Part shown: piece after piece, positions 27,985-39,020 of the stretch | How positions within the stretch are numbered: position 1 is the first letter of the stretch | Layout of the letters: each line of letters starts with the position of its first letter | Notes under the pieces: model-generated | Database searches by the model: none | Told to the model about the DNA's origin: nothing | Seen by the model: the letters and a program-made list of their open reading frames with translations, nothing else | NCBI GenBank assembly: GCA_036337435.1 | Contig: JAYZEG010000010.1 | Location: 52,493-116,492, forward strand | Source of the DNA: Myxococcota bacterium | GTDB lineage: Bacteria > Myxococcota_A > Bradymonadia > UBA7976 > UBA1532 | Reading direction: 5' to 3' | Length of the DNA stretch: 64,000 bases | Program-made: the position numbers and the translations under genes

Positions 27985-28749
27985 ATGAATCAAGCGCGGG
28001 CTAGAATTACATTAATTTCACTTTTTTTCGGAGCATGGTTTGGCGGATGCCAAATGCCAAATGCCTCGGACCGACTCAGCTGGGACAGAATCCATAGTGA
28101 TATCAACCAAGACCCTATCCTTACTCATGATGGGATCGATGATGTTCTGAGCAAACTCGACACAAGAAGACTGAGTGAACTTCCCGATGAATATCGACGG
28201 ACTGCCAAATTAGACCAAATAGCTCGGTCCCATTATCGCCATCGCACGTTCTATGTTGTTCGACCGAGCGATCGGCAAAAGTTCGTCGTCGGCCATTTTC
28301 GGATCAGAGATTTTCTGCCTGAAACCAGTGCCGCTGATGCCCATGGTGATGAACAAAGCCCCCATTTTGACTGGCCCGTAGATGCTGAAGAGACCTACCT
28401 TCTCATCGATTCCAATTTGCTTCATCGGCTCTTAGATCTGATCCTAGAACTCAAGAAGCAAGGACACGACCATGAGGCGATGACCATCTACTACGGCTAT
28501 AGGCCACCTGCTCATAACCACAGCATTAATGGAGCAAAGAAAAGCCAGCATTTATTCGGAAAAGCAGTGGATATGTGGGCTGGCGACATCAACCGTGATG
28601 GAGAAACAGACATGGACGACAAAATGATCATCCTCAATATTCTCGAAAGAAAAATTTTCCGTGGGACGGGTGGTGTCGGACGTTATTTGGACGACCCGAG
28701 AGCCATTCATTTCGACACCCGACGGAAAAAAGGGCGATGGGACAAGTAA
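27985..28749 (+). CDS. Peptidase M15A / D-Ala-D-Ala carboxypeptidase-family lipoprotein
   Basis: GYRPPAHN...SQHLFGKAVD...GGVGRY...IHFDTR zinc motifs; lipobox FGGC. Confidence 0.85.
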   Translation: MNQARARITLISLFFGAWFGGCQMPNASDRLSWDRIHSDINQDPILTHDGIDDVLSKLDTRRLSELPDEYRRTAKLDQIARSHYRHRTFYVVRPSDRQKFVVGHFRIRDFLPETSAADAHGDEQSPHFDWPVDAEETYLLIDSNLLHRLLDLILELKKQGHDHEAMTIYYGYRPPAHNHSINGAKKSQHLFGKAVDMWAGDINRDGETDMDDKMIILNILERKIFRGTGGVGRYLDDPRAIHFDTRRKKGRWDK

Positions 28750-28919
28750 ATCTCTACACGCTGTCCCGACCCATTAATTGACCATCCGAGGTGTTCTGAG
28801 AACATCTCATTGAAATCACCAACAGGGGGCACGTAAATCATTGTACTCAAGGCACGATTGCCTCAACGAGTAAAATTCCATCAAGCTTTTCTTTGGCTCG
28901 TGTACCATGGACCAGGGGG

Positions 28920-29270
28920 GTACATGGGGGGTCAACTGGCCGGTCGGGTCAACACAATTTGCCTACACATCATTGGATGGCTGCTGCTCGTTTCCGGGTG
29001 CGGGGACATCAAAGACCAGCCACGGGCCCCGTCCAGCGACGCAGGAACTCTTGATTACAGTATGGCTGACACATCGCTTGATGTCTCATATACCCCCAAT
29101 TGATTCGACCATTGACCTGACCGGCCTCGATGCCGTGACGGCCGAGGACATGACCGCACTCATTGATGGACCCATTTGAGACAGTATCGAAATCAACTTG
29201 GATTCAACGGCCCCTGACGATGCAAGACGGCCCCCCGATGCGCTCGATTCAGCGACACTTGGGACCTAGG
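28920..29270 (+). pseudogene. Probable decayed lipoprotein gene
   Basis: Lipobox LLLVSGC and an Asp/Ser/Thr-rich linker, continuing in a shifted frame (IDSTIDLTGLDAVTAEDM...) through in-frame stops. Confidence 0.45.
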
Positions 29271-29671
29271 TGTCGTACTGACACCCGGAATCATCCACAA
29301 TGAGCTGCGCCGGGTCGCTGGCATAAGCGGGACTGCTCTCGATACTCAATTCGCCATCTCAGCAGACCATCAAGCACTTCTCTTACGCGCGTGAGTTAAC
29401 TCAATGCCTCGGTCTCATCGATTTAACCAAGCAAATCCAAACGTTCAGATTGTGATGCAATTAAACCGAGAGCAATCGGCACGAGGAACAGACCGCAACG
29501 ACACGCCGGTCGTGACTGCGCAGCTGTCTAGACGAGCAACAACAGACTGTTTCTCGAGCTGACACGTTGGCGAAATTAAGTCCCTGCACAACAATCAACT
29601 CAATTTCGCCCACCCAAGGGGAACCCACAAGATATGAACGCTCTGCGAAAACTCCAGCGAGACGGCTCGGC

Positions 29672-30232
29672 CTACTGACTTGCGTAACACGTTGGAGAAA
29701 TTGCCTTGCAGGACTCAAATTCGACCCGGTCTTCAGATGTGCAAATCGCTTGCGCATCGGCGGTAATGACCAGTTTAAACAGGTCGTCCTGACATCTGAT
29801 AATCTCTGCGGTGGTCGCCGTACATCCACGGTCTCTCAAAATCTTGAAGTTGTGAATACACCCAGCAAACTGACATGCTGGAGAGGCGTCGTGGTGGTCT
29901 AAATCACACGCTTCCCCTGTATCCATATTCGTCGAATCGACAACGAGGTCTGCCTTATCCAAGCACTCTTCAACGGACGCTAAGCAGTCGTCCATGACAG
30001 GGGCAGAGTCGGCTGCCGCGTAGCAGTTACTGCGCATGCTGAAGATATACTGTGGCAATACGCGGGTCTCACAAATGGCATTGATTTCGCCATCGGTCAG
30101 TGATTGAACAACCACCTCTTTATCATATCGTTCGTACTCATCATCGACGGTATCAATATCCCGTTCATCGCCACATGCAACGAGGGTGATTGTGATTACG
30201 AGTAGTGTAATTAGTTTCGTAAATGAGCTCAT
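29672..30232 (-). CDS. Cys-rich acidic lipoprotein
   Basis: Lipobox LVAC; 12 further Cys; sigma-54 promoter 40 nt upstream. Confidence 0.8.
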   Translation of the reverse strand: MSSFTKLITLLVITITLVACGDERDIDTVDDEYERYDKEVVVQSLTDGEINAICETRVLPQYIFSMRSNCYAAADSAPVMDDCLASVEECLDKADLVVDSTNMDTGEACDLDHHDASPACQFAGCIHNFKILRDRGCTATTAEIIRCQDDLFKLVITADAQAICTSEDRVEFESCKAISPTCYASQ

Positions 30233-30271
30233 GTGACATCATCCTGTGTTTTTAGATTCGGTTGGGTACAG

Positions 30272-30288
30272 AGCACGGGCCATGCCAA
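30272..30288 (-). promoter_or_regulatory. Sigma-54 promoter
   Basis: Minus strand TTGGCATGGCCCGTGCT (GG-N10-GC); palindrome TGTGAA-N6-TTCACA at 30364-30381 is a candidate enhancer. Confidence 0.7.
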
Positions 30289-31078
30289 AATTCGGAAAAT
30301 TATGGCTGTCGCCTCAACCTGGGCTTTGACTAAGGTCTTATGGCGGCTGTCTTGTTGACCGAATGTGAATCTCAGTTCACAAGCGGTGCGCGGAAACTGT
30401 AAACGGATCTTAACAATGCGCTCGCCAAGTGGAGCACAACCTCACGAATGGGTCAGAGACGAGACCGGATTGACCACCGTCTGCGCGTCTAAGAAATCGT
30501 CCCTTTTGTGCTGACACTCGGCATCATCTAAAACCAGCTCTGCAAAATAGATTGCGCCAATTGGACCGCTCTTGATTCTCGATTCACCATCTCAACAGAC
30601 GTTCGAGCACCTGAGCATTGAGCCCAAGGTTCCCTCGGTTTAAAACCGCGGCTGAGTTCGCCCATTGAAAAATCAGAACACGATCGACGTAAACGATATT
30701 TGGATAACGATGATGAAATTCAAAAAGGTCTGTCAGCGTGAGTGTGTACAAACCGGGCTAGCCACTAAAGACAGGGTCACCCTAAAAAGATGCATTGGTT
30801 CCACAGCTGAATCAGATGAGGCGTTTCTAAGATGAACCCTTGGTCAATCCAGGGTCCAAGACTGAGAATATATCCACAAGCGACATTCATATTCGACTCC
30901 CTCGCTTACACGCTGACTCAGTAAAAATCAGTACCGAGCTATTGTTTGGGTGCGATGGAGCGATTTTGTTCCAGCCCATAGCGAAATTAGTGATCTCATG
31001 AGCTTTTCCATCCAGATTTGCCATTGTATGCGGCGACAAACTACGGTGAGCAAGCCATAAGCCAGACCATGACGGACC

Positions 31079-31909
31079 TCATTCCTCAAGTCGCGCTCGA
31101 ACATACTCGCGAGTTGGGTCATGACCGGTGTCGACCTCGAGAACGGCGATATTTAATGAATTCAATGTCTCCAGATGAGACGGTGATAGCTGCTCGCCGA
31201 GCTCTGCCTTCACTTTGTCGGAAAGAGTGCCGAATGCGGCCATATAAGTCGTGTCTTCGCCGGGTACTTTTTCAGTGAAGATGCGCTTAAACAGCTTTTT
31301 AGCGGGTTGTTTTTCACCCGCGCGAATGTCGTCTACCAAATCATCAATCAGGCTTCCTCCATCGGAGCGCTGTCTTTTGAGGAGAGCAAGTGCCTCTTCT
31401 TTACCCGCATTGAAAACGTCATTGGCTGCATTAGCCTCCGCGTCGGTCAGGGCTAACTTTTCAATTAACTTGTCCATGGGTGCTTTCCATTGGCCGGCCC
31501 AATTTAGTTCAGATTTCTTCCGCTTTAATTGCTTTATCTTCTCTTCGACAGTCTGCTCAACACGCTTGACCAACTCATCGGAAAGTGCGGCGGACCGCCC
31601 GTCAGCGGATGGCAGCAGGTCTCTTCTATCCGATGGGTTATCCAACGGACGACCACCTTCATTTTTAAGTAATTTAATCCGTCGTTCGAGTCCGTTTAAG
31701 CGGCGATCAATTTGCCCATTCATTTGGTCGAGCTGTCGATTAAGCAGTCGAACTTCGGCTTCTAAATCGGCCAGACGTTGTGGGTCTATTTCTGCTGATG
31801 GTTGAGTTGGCTGTTGTTTTTCTGTCCTTGGTTTCTCACGGACCATCCAATAGACGAGCCCACCGGAAATCAAGGCGACTAAAGCCAGCTTGCTAAAATG
31901 AATCCACAC
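31079..31909 (-). CDS. Hypothetical membrane-anchored coiled-coil protein
   Basis: N-terminal TM, heptad region LADLEAEVRLLNRQLDQM; RBS AGGAG. Confidence 0.78.
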   Translation of the reverse strand: MWIHFSKLALVALISGGLVYWMVREKPRTEKQQPTQPSAEIDPQRLADLEAEVRLLNRQLDQMNGQIDRRLNGLERRIKLLKNEGGRPLDNPSDRRDLLPSADGRSAALSDELVKRVEQTVEEKIKQLKRKKSELNWAGQWKAPMDKLIEKLALTDAEANAANDVFNAGKEEALALLKRQRSDGGSLIDDLVDDIRAGEKQPAKKLFKRIFTEKVPGEDTTYMAAFGTLSDKVKAELGEQLSPSHLETLNSLNIAVLEVDTGHDPTREYVRARLEE

Positions 31910-32074
31910 GATGGGGCTCTCCTGAGTGTTCGTAGACTGGTTAAAAAACGGTTCAGTGTTCGGATTGACTCACGCGATCAAAACTTAAGACCCATCGGTG
32001 TAACAGCAGCATGCCATCCCCCAATTTCCCTCGATTTCGCAGTCGTTCAACTCGAGGTTGGGCTTTTTGTTACC

Positions 32075-33799
32075 CTAAGGCTGAATGCGCTCAATCAAGG
32101 GTTGTTCCACAGTCAGGAGCATATCATTGGTTGGCGCACAACCCGCCGCACATCCTTGGATTTGCGCTCTGCACTCATTGTATCGGTCCAATAACTGCTC
32201 GAGGTTTTGCCCAGGACCACCACCATTGCCCCCGCCACAGTCTTCCGGACAGGAACTGCGATGCCGCTCGAGGGCATCGCACAGACCATCTCCACACCAA
32301 TCAAATCCATCCGGGCGATTTACACAATCTCTGGGGCAGAGCCTCGGATTATTTTGTTCCACGGGGTCGCAGACGCCATCGCCACATGGATGTGGTCCTG
32401 GGTCCCGACCCCCGCCGGCATCTCCGTTCTCGTCTACGCCCGCCGCCATACAGGCAACCAGGTTCTGTTCGCACCGAACACTGCATTGGTCCACGATTCC
32501 GAGACAACTGACCGTCCAGTCCATGTCCTGTAAAGCTTCGGAATGCCCCCGACCTACATCAGGAAAACTGAGCAGAGTTGCATGGTGTCCCTCACGGACC
32601 AGGCGCGTGTACATGGGTCGAGCCGTTGGGAAAAGAGAGTCGTCTTCATAAGCCATGACACAAACTCGACGCGCCGGGTCCGTCGAGACCGGATAAGCCG
32701 GGAAGTACTGACACTCATCACATGGTGCGACCCGTCTGCAATCTTGACCGTGTTCCAGAAAAGCAGACCGACGACAAGCACCCTCCATCTGTGGGAGTGG
32801 GTCGGTCTCCCCAGCTACAAAAAGACCTGACCCACCTTGCCATACGCCGGCAATTTCATCGGAAAAACAGATCCCAGCGTAGGCTGCAAACATAGAGTTC
32901 TGGCTAAATCCACCGGTGAACACCCGTGTCCTATCAACAATGCCCTGGTCTGCTAGGCGACCGATTGTGTCGAGAATGCCTCGCAGATACGGGATGTCTT
33001 TTGAGTCTTCATCAGCGCATGGTGTCGGATTTTGGTCGTTGCTGACACCGTCATTTCCAAAGGTCCAGTTGCCATCTGTCGACGACGCACACACAGCGAC
33101 GAATCCATACCGATTGGCCGCGTCAATGAGTCCGCTTCGAGATGTGCACCCACCTTGAGCCAGTTGATTTCTGGCATAGCAATTCATCTTAATGTAGACC
33201 GGCATCGGCTCATTGCGATCTGGGGTATAAATCGTAAAGCAGCGCGACTGGCCGTCGACGGTCCATTGATAAGTTGTAAAACCAGCCTCGTTGCTGCAGG
33301 GGCATGCACCCATTTGTCCGCCCACACAGGCTTGCGGCCCATCGGGATCGGGTTGTTCAACAGGGCCACCGGCACCACCAACGCCACCTGCACCACCGCC
33401 ACCTGCGCCCCCTGCGCCACCAACGCCACCAACGCCACCGGCACCACCTGCGCCACCTGCACCACCAACGCCACCTGCGCCCCCTTCGGCTCCGGCACCA
33501 CCTGCACCACCAACGCCACCTACGCCCCCGGCCGCTCCGGCACCACCAACGCCACCTGCGCCACCTCCGGCTCCGGCACCACCAACACCACCCGCGCCTC
33601 CGGCACCGCCTTCAGCACCGGCACCACCAACGCCACCTTCGACTCCGGCCCCCCCGACACCACCGGCGCCAGAGGTCGAGTCGGCTTCCGTGCTTGCGTC
33701 TGCCTCACTATTGTTCCCACCTGAATCCGATTCAGAGCACGCAAAGAGAACGATGAGGACAAAACAACCAAGTAGTTGGTGAATCGAACGGTATGTCAT
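32075..33799 (-). CDS. Lipoprotein: Gly-rich linker, PHB-depolymerase/LpqC-like alpha/beta hydrolase, two CGDGxCD repeats
   Basis: Lipobox LFAC; (GGAG)n; ANRYGFVAV, DIPYL, VDRTRVFTGGFSQN; C-terminal CGDGVCD...CPRDC twice. Confidence 0.82.
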   Translation of the reverse strand: MTYRSIHQLLGCFVLIVLFACSESDSGGNNSEADASTEADSTSGAGGVGGAGVEGGVGGAGAEGGAGGAGGVGGAGAGGGAGGVGGAGAAGGVGGVGGAGGAGAEGGAGGVGGAGGAGGAGGVGGVGGAGGAGGGGAGGVGGAGGPVEQPDPDGPQACVGGQMGACPCSNEAGFTTYQWTVDGQSRCFTIYTPDRNEPMPVYIKMNCYARNQLAQGGCTSRSGLIDAANRYGFVAVCASSTDGNWTFGNDGVSNDQNPTPCADEDSKDIPYLRGILDTIGRLADQGIVDRTRVFTGGFSQNSMFAAYAGICFSDEIAGVWQGGSGLFVAGETDPLPQMEGACRRSAFLEHGQDCRRVAPCDECQYFPAYPVSTDPARRVCVMAYEDDSLFPTARPMYTRLVREGHHATLLSFPDVGRGHSEALQDMDWTVSCLGIVDQCSVRCEQNLVACMAAGVDENGDAGGGRDPGPHPCGDGVCDPVEQNNPRLCPRDCVNRPDGFDWCGDGLCDALERHRSSCPEDCGGGNGGGPGQNLEQLLDRYNECRAQIQGCAAGCAPTNDMLLTVEQPLIERIQP

Positions 33800-33983
33800 G
33801 TGAACGCTCCTGCTGATTTATAGAATGAAGGCCCTGAAGAGACCGGAACGCAGGGGGTGAGTACCCAGGACGCACTCTGCAAAAAGCCGTGTATTGAAAG
33901 TGACGCGCTCTCACTCAGCACGCCAAATTGGATGGCGGGACCGACTTAGTCCCATCCATCGAATACAAAGGCACTCTCTTTAG

Positions 33984-36530
33984 TTAGTCATCGTCTTGAC
34001 ACAGTTGATTTAAACCGCTGTTTGGCGGAATACAAACAGACTCGACGCGGCCATCGGAGATATTACAGCAGATAAAGCCGTCCGGACAAGACAGGTCTCG
34101 GCAGGGCATTAAACAAATGTCACCAACAACACGGGCCAGGTTCGCGCAGGATTCACCGTTTTCGCCTTGAGCACAGTCATCATTATCGTTGCAAAATGGA
34201 GCATTTCGCCGATTGCTAGGCCACGCACTGATCTCCCGTTCTGACCCAGCGAGAACTTCGATGCATTCGCCACGACTGCAGCGGAAGCCTTCATCACAAT
34301 TGATTGCCTCACACAACCCTTCGTCCCGAGTGCGATCAATTTCTTCACAGACATCGATTGCATTTTCGTTTGGAATACAGGCATCAATCGTTTGTCCGTC
34401 ACGCTCAAAACCCTCGCGACAAAAGTACCCTGCCGGACACGCCCCTGCATCACAGTTGGGCGCGCAAAATCGACTCCCAAAGTTGTCGTTGTAGCGAACG
34501 CAAACATCACCCTCACTGCAATCGGACTCATCGTCGCACGCCCGACAATTGCCTTCGCTGCATTGACCTGTATCCGGCATACAGAGTTCGCCAAAGTCGC
34601 AGTCTATATCAGCACAGAGGTCAACGCATTGGTTGTCACGACAAACCTCGGTTTCAGCGCAATCAGCACATGGTGCCGACACGCACCCGTCACATTCACA
34701 GATGAGCTGACGGTTCTGAAAACCACATCGCGTGTCGTTGACTCGGTCGATGCGCTGGACGGAACAATCTTCCGGATTAAACTGAAAAACATCCCAAATG
34801 GGTCTGTTGACGATACCGCGGCCAAGTGCGTCCTCTGGCCCCATAGGCTTCGGTCCGAACAGCACGGGGTCATTGTCACCACAAACAAATGAAACCGTGG
34901 CCGTTGCCTCACCTGAGAAAAGGAGAACACCCACTGTGTACAAACCAGCGTCTGGAGACGCCATGCGAAGGATTTCCTCTGATGCACCGGGCCCACCCCG
35001 CGCATCACGGTTGAGCCCAGGCGTGCACCAATCAGGTGATAGATTGCCCGGTGCGCAGTCCCATTGGGGGTCCGTATAGCCACTGGCCCGTGGATGCAAT
35101 AGATGCAGATCCAAATCAATCTGCTCATCGGACCGCCATTGCAATGTAATGCGGACTCTGTCGGCCACCTCATCACAGGCATCGCCGACGCCGTCTTGGT
35201 CCGCATCCAGCTGATTTGCGTTAGCGATGTCTAAGCAATTGTCACAGACATCACCGACGCCGTCCTCGTCAACGTCATCATCTTGGTTATTCTCGACGAA
35301 GGGGCAGTTGTCTTCATCGTTTGCAACGCCGTCACCATCAAAATCATCTGCCTCGCAGGCATCACCGATGCCATCTCCGTCGTCATCCGCTTGATTGAAA
35401 TTAGCCTCAGCGGGGCAATTGTCGCACGCATCGCCACGGCCATCATCGTCGGTGTCGGTCTGCACTAAATTAAACCGGTCTGGACAATTATCATCGGCAT
35501 CGGCAATGGTATCGCCGTCTCGATCAGCGATCTCACAAGCATCCCCCTGACCATCATTATCGGCATCGGCTTGATTGCCATTGGCTACCTCGGGACAATT
35601 GTCGCACCGATCACCAACGCCATCATCATCGGTGTCCTCTTGTCCTGGGTTTGCTCGATCAGGACAGTTGTCTATGCTGTCGAAAACGTCATCGTCGTCA
35701 CTGTCTACACATGCATCACCGCGACCATCGCCATCAGCATCGGCCTGACCTGGGTTTTCGAGTCCAGGGCAATTATCGCATCGGTCACCGACTCCATCGC
35801 CGTCTTCATCACGCTGACTGTTATTGGCGACGAACGGACAGTTGTCTTCGGCATTGACAATGCCATCCATGTCCTCGTCTCCATCAGCATCAAGGTCACA
35901 TGCATCTCCAGCACCATCGCCATCACTGTCCTCTTGGTCGGGATTGGCAACATCGGGACAATTATCGTCATCGTCTGCAATGCCGTCATCATCGCCATCG
36001 GTGATCATAGCTCCACCAACACCGCCTGCACCGCCTGCACCGCCTGCACCACCTCCAGCACCTGCACCGCCTGCACCGCCTTCAGCACCTGCGCCGCCTG
36101 CACCGCCTTCAGCACCTGCGCCGCCTGCACCGCCTTCAGCCCCTGCGCCGCCTGCGCCGCCTTCGGCACCTGCGCCGCCTCCACCACCTGCACCACCTGC
36201 ACCACCTGCACCGCCTGTGCCGCCTGTGCCGATCTCTGAACACTCGGCGTTCCACCGACACGCGCCAGTCGAATCTTCGACGCACTCAACGGATGGCCCA
36301 GAGCCGTCTGGACAGCTCGCAAAGTCAGGCATTTCGCCACAGTCCTCGGGCTGGCAAGTAGACGCGGCACCATCCTGATCGCCGCCCGAACCGGCTGCGC
36401 CGTCGATTTCAGAACCGATGGGGCCTCCATCGCCGGAGTCGCTGTCCGCACTATTGTCTTCGATGCACCCCACCATGGCCACGCTTAAAATGATTGTGAA
36501 AGCCAATGGTCCAAATCTTAAATACTTCAC
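33984..36530 (-). CDS. Lipoprotein with Gly-rich linker, thrombospondin type-3 repeats and Cys-rich C-terminus
   Basis: Lipobox MVGC; nine DNCx..N..Q.D.D.DG.GD.C units; LQW...DLDLHL domain; GTG at 36530 after AGGAGG. Confidence 0.9.
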   Translation of the reverse strand: MKYLRFGPLAFTIILSVAMVGCIEDNSADSDSGDGGPIGSEIDGAAGSGGDQDGAASTCQPEDCGEMPDFASCPDGSGPSVECVEDSTGACRWNAECSEIGTGGTGGAGGAGGAGGGGGAGAEGGAGGAGAEGGAGGAGAEGGAGGAGAEGGAGGAGAGGGAGGAGGAGGVGGAMITDGDDDGIADDDDNCPDVANPDQEDSDGDGAGDACDLDADGDEDMDGIVNAEDNCPFVANNSQRDEDGDGVGDRCDNCPGLENPGQADADGDGRGDACVDSDDDDVFDSIDNCPDRANPGQEDTDDDGVGDRCDNCPEVANGNQADADNDGQGDACEIADRDGDTIADADDNCPDRFNLVQTDTDDDGRGDACDNCPAEANFNQADDDGDGIGDACEADDFDGDGVANDEDNCPFVENNQDDDVDEDGVGDVCDNCLDIANANQLDADQDGVGDACDEVADRVRITLQWRSDEQIDLDLHLLHPRASGYTDPQWDCAPGNLSPDWCTPGLNRDARGGPGASEEILRMASPDAGLYTVGVLLFSGEATATVSFVCGDNDPVLFGPKPMGPEDALGRGIVNRPIWDVFQFNPEDCSVQRIDRVNDTRCGFQNRQLICECDGCVSAPCADCAETEVCRDNQCVDLCADIDCDFGELCMPDTGQCSEGNCRACDDESDCSEGDVCVRYNDNFGSRFCAPNCDAGACPAGYFCREGFERDGQTIDACIPNENAIDVCEEIDRTRDEGLCEAINCDEGFRCSRGECIEVLAGSEREISAWPSNRRNAPFCNDNDDCAQGENGESCANLARVVGDICLMPCRDLSCPDGFICCNISDGRVESVCIPPNSGLNQLCQDDD
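36012..36230 (-). repeat. Intragenic Gly/Ala repeat including a 27-bp unit (GGAGAEGGA)
   Basis: Tandem gcaccgccttcagcacctgcgccgcct-like units. Confidence 0.8.
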
Positions 36531-36953
36531 TGGTCTAAGCCTCCTGAGCGCTGGTATTGCTGTCTTCACGGCCACTTCGTATCCGTCCAAGCTATCCACC
36601 GCCAAATCTGAATGACTCGCAGAGCGACGCACCCGTGTCCCTCCATACACCGTGAGTCTACAGGATGAGTGCGGACCGTCGCTAATTAAATCATCATATT
36701 GAATCGACTTGACGAAGAATCATGGGCCGACGAATCAACGCCTCGATAAAGTTTGCTCGGCTCGAAGCCGAGGTGCCGTCTGGTCGCGCACATCAAAAGC
36801 CACACAAAACCTGCCAAACGGTGATGACTTCTGAGGTTTACCTTTTGGAGTCTGTTGGGCAGTAGACGTCGAGAAGAGCGGAAACAAAGGCATAAAAACG
36901 ATCTTCCCAGAGCCAGCATTCGATTGCATCGAAAATGGAGATAAACACAAATC

Positions 36954-38762
36954 CTAATCGATGAACTCAAAAGTCGGAATAACAATGCCTGTGGTGATCT
37001 GATTGAAGGGTAGATAAAAGGTGAGCTGCCCATCTGCGTATGTGTAGTTAAAGTTGACCTGACCAGAGTCTGGGCAATCGACAACGATAGGCATAGAGAC
37101 TGTGTCAGCTGCGAGTTCTCCGAGTTCGCCTGCGAGGCTAAACCCGACCGCCTGAGTGGCACCACCACCACCCTCGAAGACGGCATTAATGGTGCCGGAG
37201 ACGTCGACAGCGAATCGTCCCGAATCGGTAATCTCCATAACGCCATAGGCGGTCAACTGGGTTTGCTCAAGGTCTAGAATGGCAAGACCGATATCGGCTG
37301 AATCGAAGGCCAATATATAATCAACCAGGCGCCAGCGTCCGGTCGGAAACTCGCCCCCCTGTGCCTCTGGTGGGCTTCTATCCGTCGGTGTACCAATGAC
37401 TTCGATGGCCGCGTCGACGACATCGGTCGGTGCACATTGGCCAACGTCGTAGCCTGTCAAAGGCTCACTTTGATTGCATCGCCGCTCGGCCGGTGGTGGT
37501 GTGACAAACAGAAAATTGTAACACATTTCATCTTGCGTGTAGGGTCCAAACTTGCGGCTTTCAGCAAAGGTATTTTCGAATACGCATTCAGTAACGACTT
37601 TGTCTCCAGGCTCAAGTTGTAGCCCTTGTCCGTCGTAGAAAAGCTGGCTATCAAAGTCCCAGCCCGTAAGAGTAATGAGGTCTTCCTCGGTGCCATCAGC
37701 TCGTTGAATTGTCGACTTAAGACTGATCCCCAACTCGTGCATATGGGGTAAGGTTGCAATGATAGTCATAGGCTCAGTGACATGACACTGTCCCCCTACA
37801 GCCGTCCTGGTCAGTGGCGGTAGACTAAATCCCTCGGGTCCAATGGTCAGCATATCGATGGTTGGCCCGTCGGGGGGTGAATGAAAGATTCTCACACCGC
37901 TCTGATCGGCCACATCATCATAGCCGGCGGTATTGTTGTAATGAATTTCCAGGAGGTACCGCCGACTAGAGTCCGTCACCAAGCCGCCATCGACAAATTG
38001 AACAGGTTGTTGGCCCGGTGCCCAAGCGTAGATCGCAGCACTGAGATTGGTGCCGCAGTCTGTCTCCAGGCCATCACCGGGGCCCTCGGGCACCTCGTAT
38101 AAAACGATATGGTGAATGACGCGAGTATCATCAATCACTGGTTCAATCCGGCGAATGTAGCGTTCTCCGCCGGCCGGACCACTGAAAGAAAAGCATGTGT
38201 ATTGATCGCGGACGGCTGCTGGGATGTGTCCGTTATCTGCGCGAAATTCCATCAAGGCAGCCTCATCGAGAGGGTCGTCTGCCGGCTCGAAGATGGGTCG
38301 AGAAACATCGAATCCACCCGGATTCGGACCGGGCATTGGTCTCCCCGTATTATCACCACATGTCGCCCAGTCTAAGACGGCCAATGCCTCATCGGATGGC
38401 ACGTTTGGTTGGCCAGCGGGCGGCATGTCGCCGGCCCTCATGCGTTCGACCAATTTGTCGATGGGACGAGACCCGATATCTCCGTCCATCAAGCTGTCAT
38501 AGTCGAACAAACTGTATGGAGCACCGAAAGCAGGTGTATTGCCGTGACAGAGGCCACAGTACGTCTCGATGGTAGGCTTCACAGCCGTCCACTCCGACAC
38601 GTCGGGCACACAGGTCGGCGCGACCATCGCGGAATCCATTGGCTCTCCAATGGAACCGTCAGTGGTGGCCGCCATAGATGAGACATGCGGCGTACTCTGG
38701 CAACCGGCAAAGACGGACATGACGAGAGCTAGCAAGGTCAATAACAACGCGCAATGTTTCAC
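36954..38762 (-). CDS. Lipoprotein: cytochrome c domain fused to copper type II (PHM/DBH-like) monooxygenase
   Basis: Lipobox FAGC; CGLCH...MPP; Cu ligands HHIVLY, EIHY, PHMH, DEMC; GTG at 38762 after GGGAG. Confidence 0.88.
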   Translation of the reverse strand: MKHCALLLTLLALVMSVFAGCQSTPHVSSMAATTDGSIGEPMDSAMVAPTCVPDVSEWTAVKPTIETYCGLCHGNTPAFGAPYSLFDYDSLMDGDIGSRPIDKLVERMRAGDMPPAGQPNVPSDEALAVLDWATCGDNTGRPMPGPNPGGFDVSRPIFEPADDPLDEAALMEFRADNGHIPAAVRDQYTCFSFSGPAGGERYIRRIEPVIDDTRVIHHIVLYEVPEGPGDGLETDCGTNLSAAIYAWAPGQQPVQFVDGGLVTDSSRRYLLEIHYNNTAGYDDVADQSGVRIFHSPPDGPTIDMLTIGPEGFSLPPLTRTAVGGQCHVTEPMTIIATLPHMHELGISLKSTIQRADGTEEDLITLTGWDFDSQLFYDGQGLQLEPGDKVVTECVFENTFAESRKFGPYTQDEMCYNFLFVTPPPAERRCNQSEPLTGYDVGQCAPTDVVDAAIEVIGTPTDRSPPEAQGGEFPTGRWRLVDYILAFDSADIGLAILDLEQTQLTAYGVMEITDSGRFAVDVSGTINAVFEGGGGATQAVGFSLAGELGELAADTVSMPIVVDCPDSGQVNFNYTYADGQLTFYLPFNQITTGIVIPTFEFID

Positions 38763-39020
38763 GAAATACTCCCTTTCGATTTCGGACCAGCGTCGCACGG
38801 CGGTGCCGTAAAAATCGCACATAATTCCATTAGCCATTTGAGAGCCCCAGTTCACAGGCTAGTGAATGGTATCGATGATGTAAAAATTGAATCGGCGTTT
38901 CGCAGACCAAGAGACTCGTCGGAGGCTACCAAGAACCATGCTCATGCCATCGAGGGATCGAGTCAAAACTCACAAGGAAAGACAGACAAAAGCCGTGCAT
39001 CCCTGGAATTTCGACGGTGT

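Noticed and set aside
33032..33782. Pro/Ala-, His/Arg- and Thr/Cys-rich ORFs, with similar ones at 35571-36451
   Set aside because: Alternative-frame or antisense readings of the (GGAG)n linkers
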